A stretch of 64,000 nucleotides of DNA from Spirochaetia bacterium (GTDB lineage: Bacteria > Spirochaetota > Spirochaetia > SZUA-6 > Bin103). The stretch is taken from contig CBDBDQ010000005.1 in the NCBI GenBank assembly GCA_965203905.1, positions 3,904,001-3,968,000 on the forward strand, read 5' to 3'. Under the pieces are notes generated by a model. That model did no database searches. It worked only from the letters and a program-made list of their open reading frames with translations, and was not told the DNA's origin. The translations under genes were made by a program, and so were the position numbers. This document shows positions 57,134 to 64,000 of the stretch, piece by piece. Position 1 is the stretch's first letter, and each line of letters begins with the position of its first letter.

Positions 57134-58141
57134 ATGGGCGGGATGCGCGCGTACGCCATGAGAAGAGTGCTGCTCATAGTGCCGACTCTCCTGGTGACCA
57201 CGCTGGTGATCTTTCTCCTGATCCGGATGGTGCCCGGAACCGTGGTGGACGTCCTGATCGCCCAACAGGCGGAGAGTGGCATAGGCGGCGAGCAGTTGGA
57301 AGCAGCCCGCGCCACCATCACGCGCGAGTTGGGGCTCGACGCACCCATCCCCGTGCAGTATGGGCGGTGGCTAGGCGTGCTGCCGCGTACCGACGGCCGG
57401 CTGGCCGGCATCATCCAGGGCGACTTCGGCATGTCGTTTCGCACCGGCGGTCCGGTGGCCGAGAGGATCAGACCCCGGCTGCCGGCGACCGTCGAGCTGA
57501 GCATCCTGAGCCTGATCATCACCTATCTCATTGCGGTTCCCATCGGCGTCTATTCCGCGGTGCGGCAGGACACCGCGGGTGACTACATCAGCCGCAGCTT
57601 CGCCATCCTGTGGCTGTCCGTGCCGGGATTCTGGATCGCGACCATGGTCATCGTCCTGCCTTCGATCTGGTGGGGTTGGTCGCCGTCGATCCACATCATA
57701 CCGTTCTTCGAGGATCCGCTGGGGCACCTGGGGATGTTCATCCTTCCGGCGGCCATCATGGGGCTGACGTTCGCCGGCGGCACCATGCGCGATACCAGGA
57801 CCTGGATGCTGGAGGTGCTCAACCAGGACTACATAAGGACCGCATGGGCCAAGGGTCTCAACGAGGAGACCGTCCTCATACGGCACGCATTCAGGAACAC
57901 GCTGATACCGGTCGTCACTCGCATCGGGTACCAGCTTCCGACCCTGGTGGGCGGCGCGGTGATCATGGAGAACATTTTCGGCGTGCCGGGATTAGGCCAG
58001 CTCCTGCTCGCTACGCTCACCGAGCGGGACTATCCGGTGGTTACCGCACTGCTGCTGATCGGCGCTCTGGCCATCGTGGTGGCCAACCTGCTGGCCGATC
58101 TCGCCTACGGTGTGGTCGATCCGAGGATTCGCTACCAGTGA
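57134..58141 (+). CDS. Peptide/nickel ABC permease (OppB/DppB-like)
   Basis: GDFGMS, QDYIRTAWAKGL, RHAFRN, RDYPVV, DPRIRY. Confidence 0.92.
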   Translation: MGGMRAYAMRRVLLIVPTLLVTTLVIFLLIRMVPGTVVDVLIAQQAESGIGGEQLEAARATITRELGLDAPIPVQYGRWLGVLPRTDGRLAGIIQGDFGMSFRTGGPVAERIRPRLPATVELSILSLIITYLIAVPIGVYSAVRQDTAGDYISRSFAILWLSVPGFWIATMVIVLPSIWWGWSPSIHIIPFFEDPLGHLGMFILPAAIMGLTFAGGTMRDTRTWMLEVLNQDYIRTAWAKGLNEETVLIRHAFRNTLIPVVTRIGYQLPTLVGGAVIMENIFGVPGLGQLLLATLTERDYPVVTALLLIGALAIVVANLLADLAYGVVDPRIRYQ

Positions 58142-59157
58142 GACGGCGCTGCCGCGCCAACGAAGTCGGTGGTGCAGCCGAGGTCGAGGCGGCAGCTGAC
58201 GTCGCCGCCGATGGCGACGACCGCGGCCGCCCGCGCCCGGCTGCCATCGCGGTCACCCTGCTGACCAGGAAACCGCTGGGCGCGGCAGGCGGGATCATCA
58301 CCATCCTGTTCCTGCTCATCGGTGTGTTCGCCGACGTTCTGGCGCCCTACGGCATGAACGAACTGCACACCAGGGACATGCTCTCGCCACCATCCGCCAC
58401 CTACTGGCTGGGCACGGACAACCTGGGTCGCGACATCCTCAGTCGCGTCATCTTCGGGGCCCGCATCTCCGTGATCGTGGGGCTGGCCGCATCGGCGCTG
58501 TCCACTGCAATCGGCGTGATCATCGGCATGCTGTCCGGCTACGTCGGCGGCAAGTTGGATCTAGTCCTGCAGCGCGTGGTCGACGGCATCATGAGCCTCC
58601 CGCTGCTCCCGGTGGTGCTGGTGGTGGTGTCCATGTTCGGGCCGGGCATGCTGACCCTGATCCTGGTAATGGGAATCCTCTGGGGGATCGGCAGTTCCCG
58701 GAGCATGCGTGCCATCATCATGAGCTTCAAGACCAATGTCTACGTTGTGGCCGCGGCGGCGGTGGGCAGCCGCACCCGGCGGATCCTGTGGCGTCACCTC
58801 CTGCCCAACGTCATGCCGTTCATCGTCACCGGTTTCACCATCACCGTGCCGGCGGTAATCCTCACCGAGGCGGCGCTCAGCTTCCTCGGCTTCGGCGTTC
58901 CGCCGCCCGCGCCGAGCTGGGGTGGCATGCTGGGGCGCGACGGACGCCAGTTCATGTACCTGGCGCCGTGGATGGCCATCTGGCCGGGGCTCGCCCTCAG
59001 CATCGTCGTCTACGGAATCAGCATGTTCGGCGATGCGCTCCGCGACGTGTTGGACCCGAGGCTGAAGGGCGGGGTGGGGCGCTACGGAATGGATCAGAAC
59101 CGCACCCGTCGCGCCACGCTGGCGGCAGAGCCGGCTCGGCCCGGCAGCTCAGGATAG
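58138..59157 (+). CDS. Peptide/nickel ABC permease (OppC/DppC-like)
   Basis: LGTDNLGRDILSRVIFGAR, RHLLPN, LSFLGFG, GDALRDVLDPR. Confidence 0.92.
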   Translation: MRRRCRANEVGGAAEVEAAADVAADGDDRGRPRPAAIAVTLLTRKPLGAAGGIITILFLLIGVFADVLAPYGMNELHTRDMLSPPSATYWLGTDNLGRDILSRVIFGARISVIVGLAASALSTAIGVIIGMLSGYVGGKLDLVLQRVVDGIMSLPLLPVVLVVVSMFGPGMLTLILVMGILWGIGSSRSMRAIIMSFKTNVYVVAAAAVGSRTRRILWRHLLPNVMPFIVTGFTITVPAVILTEAALSFLGFGVPPPAPSWGGMLGRDGRQFMYLAPWMAIWPGLALSIVVYGISMFGDALRDVLDPRLKGGVGRYGMDQNRTRRATLAAEPARPGSSG

Positions 59158-59199
59158 GCTTCTCCGCGACCATGCCGGGCGCGGGCCCACCAAGTCAGC

Positions 59200-59228
59200 T
59201 TGACAGCAGAGGGGCGCGGGAATAGGGT
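59200..59228 (+). promoter_or_regulatory. Internal promoter TTGACA-N17-TAGGGT for the solute-binding gene
   Basis: -35 at 59200-59205, -10 at 59223-59228. Confidence 0.5.
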
Positions 59229-59267
59229 GCAGGTTTACAGACGCGCTTGCGCGCGAGGAGGTGCGAA

Positions 59268-61013
59268 GTGAAGCAACGGATCACGGCCGTCATGGTCGCG
59301 GCTCTTCTCGTCGCCGGGTTTCCGGCATTCGCCAGCGGCACCGTCGATGAGGCCGCCGAGGCGGCGCCCGTCGCCGCCGGCCCGCAGTACGGCGGCGTAC
59401 TGACCGTGCAGCACTGGGGAACCGACCCGCCCAACGCGGACATCAATACCGGCGGCGGGTGGCAGGCTATGCAGTACTTCTACGGCACCGTCGAGACGCT
59501 GGCCGGGGGAGATTTCGAGACCTATGGCCCGCGCGGCAACAACGCGTCCGGGTTCGAGTCCACCCGTGACTACCCCGAGACCTTCTGGAAGGGGATCCTG
59601 GCCGAGAGCTGGGAAGCGACGCCGAGCAGGATAACCATTAACCTGCGTCGCGGCGTCATGGTGGCTCCCAACGACCAGGTCGGGCTGCAGGCGCGCGAGC
59701 TTACCTCCGCCGACGTGGTGCTCGGCCTGGACCGCTACATCGACGGCCGGGCGGGACCCGGCAACAGCGGCGACCGGACCGAGAACGGCGGCTGGATCGT
59801 GGGCGTGCGGGCGGAAGACGACTATACCGTGGTCGTAGACCTCAGCAGCTTCAACGTCGCCCGGTACCTGCAGATGATGGAGCGGGCCCCGATCTATCCC
59901 ATCGAGGTAGTGGAGGCCAACCCGCAGGAGTTCGACAACTTGGCCGGCACCGGCCCCTTCATCCTGGAAGAGTACGTGGTCGGCTCGTCGCTGACCTTCG
60001 TCAAGAACCCGGATTACTGGGGGACCACCACCATCGACGGCGAGGAGTACGGGTTGCCGTTCGTGGACAAGTGGGTCAATCCCATCATCGCCGACGAGTC
60101 GGCGCGCTTGGCCGCGCTGCGCACCGGCAAGCTCGACATCTTCAGTTTGGTGCAGCCGCTGTTCGCAGAGTCCCTGGACAAGAGCAATCCCGAGTTGGAG
60201 AAGGCGGTCTGGATGCACCCGGGTGCCATGACCTTTGGGCTGAACGTCAAGAACGAGTATCTCGCCGACCGGGTCGTGCGGCGCGCCTTGATGATCGGAC
60301 TGGACCGGGAGGCGATCCTCCAGGCCGCGTTCGGCCTGGGCGAGAGCTACGGCTGGCCATTCACCGCCTCCATCATGCCGGGTGCGCACATCCCGCTCGA
60401 CGAGCTGCCGCCTTCGGACCAGGAGTTGTTCACCTACAATCCGGAGCGGGCCAAGGAGCTGCTGGCGGAGGCCGGCTATCCGGACGGGTTCGTGCTCGGC
60501 GACATCATCGTGACGCCGGGAAAACCGGAACCGCACGAGACCATGGCCACCATGGCCGCGGCGTTCTGGGCCGATATCGGCGTGGAGGTGAACATCAAGG
60601 TGATGGAGTTCGGCGCGTGGGCCGACCTGATTGCCTCGGGCGAGGGCTACGACATCGTCTCCGGGACCACGCCACACGACAATCCCGGGTTCTTCTTCGG
60701 TTCGCGGTTCGGGGTCACCACCGGCGACGGCGGCAACCACAGCAACTACCACAACATGGCGGTGATCGAGCGGTACAAGCACGCGATGACGCTGACCGAC
60801 GCCGCCGAGCGCGATGCCATCATGAAGGAGCTCACGTACACGGTTTGGGAGGACCTGCCCTATATCCCGATCGGGATCCCGGCCAAGCTGAGGTACTGGT
60901 GGCCCTGGGTGCAGAACTACTATGGAGAGTTCGAGGCGCCGCCCATCAGCATGGCGCGGTACGCCGCCCAGATCTGGATTGATCAGGCCCTGAAGAAGGA
61001 GATGGGCTTCTAA
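59268..61013 (+). CDS. ABC substrate-binding protein family 5
   Basis: Signal peptide ending FASG; PQYGG, LAESWE, GTGPF, KNPDYW, AKELLAEAGYPDG. Confidence 0.92.
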   Translation: MKQRITAVMVAALLVAGFPAFASGTVDEAAEAAPVAAGPQYGGVLTVQHWGTDPPNADINTGGGWQAMQYFYGTVETLAGGDFETYGPRGNNASGFESTRDYPETFWKGILAESWEATPSRITINLRRGVMVAPNDQVGLQARELTSADVVLGLDRYIDGRAGPGNSGDRTENGGWIVGVRAEDDYTVVVDLSSFNVARYLQMMERAPIYPIEVVEANPQEFDNLAGTGPFILEEYVVGSSLTFVKNPDYWGTTTIDGEEYGLPFVDKWVNPIIADESARLAALRTGKLDIFSLVQPLFAESLDKSNPELEKAVWMHPGAMTFGLNVKNEYLADRVVRRALMIGLDREAILQAAFGLGESYGWPFTASIMPGAHIPLDELPPSDQELFTYNPERAKELLAEAGYPDGFVLGDIIVTPGKPEPHETMATMAAAFWADIGVEVNIKVMEFGAWADLIASGEGYDIVSGTTPHDNPGFFFGSRFGVTTGDGGNHSNYHNMAVIERYKHAMTLTDAAERDAIMKELTYTVWEDLPYIPIGIPAKLRYWWPWVQNYYGEFEAPPISMARYAAQIWIDQALKKEMGF

Positions 61014-61021
61014 GCAGGGAA

Positions 61022-61049
61022 GAGCCGCCCGTTGCCGGGCGGCTCATTT
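61022..61049 (+). terminator. Stem-loop after the solute-binding gene
   Basis: GAGCCGCCC-N6-GGGCGGCTC followed by ATTT. Confidence 0.6.
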
Positions 61050-61057
61050 CAGTCGTC

Positions 61058-62212
61058 ATGGCCGCCGAGACTTTCTTCAACGACGTAGCGGTCGGTTCCA
61101 GCCGCGACTCAGTGGCTGGGCGGCGCTATCGGGGCCCCATCATCGATTGCGACGTACATCAGTCGTGGGCTGACGAGGGCGAGATCCGGCGCCGCCTGCC
61201 GGCGTACTTTCAACAGCCCTGGGCGGGGCTGGCCTCCAGCCCGTGGCCCAGCCCGATCGGCGTGCTCCGGGCCGACGCCGTTCCCGAAGGGGGCGGCCCC
61301 GCGGGGTCGTCGCCGGCCCTGATGGCGGAGCAGCTGCTCGATGCGTACGGCATCGTGCGCGCCATCCTGACCGGGCAGAGCGTGCTGACCGCCGGTGTGC
61401 ACGCCGACGCCGACTTCGGCTGCGCGCTGGCGAGCGCCTACAACGACGCCCTCCTGGAGACCTGGCTCACCGCCGACGATCGGTTCCTCGGATCGCTGGC
61501 CGTCGCGCCGCAGCGCCCGCGGCAGGCGGCCGCCGAGATTCGCCGCGTCGGCGGGCATCCACGCATGGTGCAGGTGATCATGACCAGCGCCACCCGCATC
61601 CCGTACGGCGACCGTTTCTACTGGCCGATCTACGAGGCCGCGTGCGACCTGGGGCTGCCGGTGGCCATTCATCCCGGGGCCGAGTGCAAGGGCATCGCCA
61701 ACCCCTACGCCGCCGGCATGCCCACCCGCTACCTCGACTGGCATACCAACATCCCGCAGAACTTCATGGGGCAGTTGACCAGCCTGGTGTGCGAAGGCGT
61801 GTTCGTGGAGTTCCCGGATCTCCGCTTCGTGATGATCGAGGGCGGTCTGGCCTGGATTCCGGCGGTGCTGTGGCGCCTGGACAAGAACTGGAAGGGTCTG
61901 CGCCACTCCGTGCCCTGGCTCACGCGTGCGCCGAGCGAGTACGTGTTCGAGCACGTACGCTTCACCTCGCAGCCGATCGAGGAGCCGGAGCGGCCGCAGC
62001 ACCTGCTGGCGCTGTTGGAGGCGGTGCACGCCGAGCAGACCGTGATGTTCGCGACAGACTATCCTCACTGGGATGGCGACTCACCAGACCACGCCATCCC
62101 GCCGCTGCCGCCGCGCCTCGCACGCCGCGTGTTCTTCGACAACGCGGCCGACCTGTACGGCCTGCACGCTGCCGCCGCCACCGCCGGCGCGCAGGCGGCG
62201 GCCGTACGGTAG
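61058..62212 (+). CDS. Amidohydrolase_2 family protein (possible dinuclear oxygenase subunit)
   Basis: IIDCDVH, YNDAL, AIHPG, EGVF, IEGG, QPIEEP, FATDYPHWD. Confidence 0.88.
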   Translation: MAAETFFNDVAVGSSRDSVAGRRYRGPIIDCDVHQSWADEGEIRRRLPAYFQQPWAGLASSPWPSPIGVLRADAVPEGGGPAGSSPALMAEQLLDAYGIVRAILTGQSVLTAGVHADADFGCALASAYNDALLETWLTADDRFLGSLAVAPQRPRQAAAEIRRVGGHPRMVQVIMTSATRIPYGDRFYWPIYEAACDLGLPVAIHPGAECKGIANPYAAGMPTRYLDWHTNIPQNFMGQLTSLVCEGVFVEFPDLRFVMIEGGLAWIPAVLWRLDKNWKGLRHSVPWLTRAPSEYVFEHVRFTSQPIEEPERPQHLLALLEAVHAEQTVMFATDYPHWDGDSPDHAIPPLPPRLARRVFFDNAADLYGLHAAAATAGAQAAAVR

Positions 62213-62367
62213 GCTGGGCTGGGCCGAAAGCGACGCCGGCAGGCGACGGTTTCGGGGCGGTAGGAGTCTGTCGGACTGACGCGTCAGCGTCAGGACGTCA
62301 GGACTCCGTACGGTAGGCTGGGCTGGGCCGAAAGCGACGCCGACAGGCGACGGTTTCGGGGCGGTAG
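62202..62367 (+). repeat. Tandem pair of 62-bp REP-like palindromic units
   Basis: 62202-62263 and 62306-62367 differ at one loop base; GTAG near both ends; CCGAAA..CGCC..GGCG..TTTCGG stem. Confidence 0.85.
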
Positions 62368-62398
62368 CGGACGCCACGAAAAACACAGGAGGGGCACT

Positions 62399-63403
62399 AT
62401 GGAGCAACGCAGGTTCGGTGACAGCGACCTTGTCGGTTCGGCGCTCGGGTTCGGAACCTGGGAGTTGAGCACCACCGACTACGGCAAGATCGACGTCAAG
62501 GAAGCGCAGCGCGCGGCGCAGGAGGCGATCGATCACGGCATCACGCTGTTCGACACCGCCGAAGCGTACGGCCCGTATCACTCGGAGGAGCTGCTCGGCA
62601 AGGCGCTCGGGAGCCGGCGTTCGGAGGTCGTGCTGGTGACCAAGGTGGGGTTCGCCTACGAGGGCAACCGGTTCACCGCGACAGACTCATCCTTCGAAAA
62701 CGTCGTGACACGCGCCGAAGGCTGTCTGCGGCGCCTCGGCACCGACTGGATCGACCTGCTGCTGATTCACTGGCCGGATCACGACACCCCCTACGGGGAG
62801 CCGATCGCGGCGCTGGAGAAACTGAAGCAGGACGGAAAGATCCGCCACTACGGGGTCTCCAACTTCTCGCCGGCGATGCTGGAAGTCTGCGAGAGTGCCG
62901 GACACCTGACGGCGAACCAGGTCGGCTACAACCTGTTCGACCGGCGCATGGAACGGGCGGTGCTGCCGTACACCAGGGCCCACGGGATCGGCTTCATGGC
63001 ATACGGAACGCTGTGCTACGGCCTGCTGACCGGCGCCTTCACCGAGTCGACCACCTTCCTGGACTGGGACTGGCGCTCGCGCGGCCGGGCATTCGGTCTG
63101 CCGCTGTTCCGGCGCGAGCAGTTCCTCAAGGAGCTGCGGGTCGTCGAGCGGCTCAAGGAGATCGCCGCGCGCCACGGCAGATCGGTGGCGCAGCTCGCCA
63201 TCGCGTGGGTGCTGGGGCACCCGGCGGTTACCGTGGCGCTGGTGGGTATACGCCGGAGCGAGGAGCTGAAGGAAAACGTGGCGGCGGTAGAGTGGCGCCT
63301 CTCCGCCGAGGACCGGGAGCAGATCGACCGCGCCTTCGCCGAGGAGGGGGTTCCCACCCACGTCGACACCCCGCAAATCGTAGAGCCGTTTCTGCCGGCG
63401 TGA
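62399..63403 (+). CDS. Aldo/keto reductase
   Basis: LGFGTW, FDTAEAYG, TKVG, IDLLLIHWPD, GKIRHYGVSN. Confidence 0.93.
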   Translation: MEQRRFGDSDLVGSALGFGTWELSTTDYGKIDVKEAQRAAQEAIDHGITLFDTAEAYGPYHSEELLGKALGSRRSEVVLVTKVGFAYEGNRFTATDSSFENVVTRAEGCLRRLGTDWIDLLLIHWPDHDTPYGEPIAALEKLKQDGKIRHYGVSNFSPAMLEVCESAGHLTANQVGYNLFDRRMERAVLPYTRAHGIGFMAYGTLCYGLLTGAFTESTTFLDWDWRSRGRAFGLPLFRREQFLKELRVVERLKEIAARHGRSVAQLAIAWVLGHPAVTVALVGIRRSEELKENVAAVEWRLSAEDREQIDRAFAEEGVPTHVDTPQIVEPFLPA

Positions 63404-63419
63404 TCCGCCGGGCCGTCGA

Positions 63420-64000
63420 TCAGGATCTCGTGAGGTCGGCGAAGCGGTCCACGCAGGCGTCCGCAACCTGGTCGGGAGTCTGCCGCCACCAGTTGCGTTC
63501 CGAAAAGATCTCGAACTCCAGCGGCCCGGAGAAGCCGGTGGCGGCTACCTGCACCAGGAATCCCGGCAGGTCGATCACGCCGTCGCCGGGCATGCCGCGG
63601 TCCAGGCGTACGTCGCGGGTGTCGGCCAGCCAGTCGGCCAGATGCAGGTGCAGCAGGCGTGGGCCGGCGCGCACGATCTGCTCCGCCAGCGCGGGGTCCC
63701 ACCACACCGCGTAGCTGTCGAGGGCGATGCCCACGCTGGTTCCGGCGTCGAGCAGGTCGCACCAGTCGTTGGCCTGCGCCAGGGTGGTGAGCACGCCGCG
63801 GAAGGCGCAGGTCATGGGATGGAGCGGTTCGAGCGCCAGCTTGATTCCGGCCGCGCGCGCGTCGGGCAGCAGCGCCGCGATGCCCTCCAGCGCCCGGTCA
63901 CGGGCGAAGCGGAGATCGCGTTCGCCCGCCGCCAGCCCGCCGGCGATGGTGACCAGCGAATCGGCGCCAACCGCCGCGGCGGCGTCGAGCAGTCGCCGGT
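63420..64000 (-). CDS. Sugar phosphate isomerase/epimerase (xylose-isomerase-like TIM barrel), 3' part
   Basis: LALEPLHPM, DSYAVWWDP, HLADW, RGMPGDGVIDL, EFEIFS; continues past the window. Confidence 0.85.
   Translation of the reverse strand, partial: RRLLDAAAAVGADSLVTIAGGLAAGERDLRFARDRALEGIAALLPDARAAGIKLALEPLHPMTCAFRGVLTTLAQANDWCDLLDAGTSVGIALDSYAVWWDPALAEQIVRAGPRLLHLHLADWLADTRDVRLDRGMPGDGVIDLPGFLVQVAATGFSGPLEFEIFSERNWWRQTPDQVADACVDRFADLTRS

Noticed and set aside
62202-62367. Minimal CRISPR array (repeat-spacer-repeat)
   Set aside because: Units are 62 bp, there are only two, the spacer is itself palindromic, and no cas genes are present; REP-like fits better.

Overview
A GC-rich bacterial accessory and catabolic region. 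A sponge or marine-invertebrate symbiont host, possibly Spirochaetota, is inferred from the ankyrin protein, the sulfatase and TA load, and a solute-binding protein N-terminus; this cannot be proven from the window. It starts in the 5' end of leuB. Catabolic content: five sulfatase-family genes (one with an in-frame stop, one with Thr at the catalytic position), three FAD-dependent oxidoreductases, two sugar ABC and one peptide ABC operon (none with an ATPase), GH2 and two DUF4038 apiosidase-like genes, split aconitase X, an HpaB-like monooxygenase and assorted dehydrogenases. About ten intact or decaying toxin-antitoxin or defence-like modules and IS1380 and IS110 remnants are interspersed. 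There are two best candidates for an undescribed system. (1) A ~1.9 kb transposase-less element present twice in inverted orientation (about 210-2147 and 20962-22874). It encodes a DUF222-like/HNH nuclease, has conserved structured non-coding ends, and carries repeated CTTCG-N4-CGAAG palindromes inside its coding linker. (2) An AT-rich islet (about 4630-6250) in which a consensus promoter precedes a ~90 nt highly base-paired putative ncRNA, directly upstream of a separately promoted CRR6(DUF1817)-like/HEPN-like (RxxxxH) gene. All family assignments come from motif recognition by eye, not database searches. No rRNA, tRNA or CRISPR array was seen.
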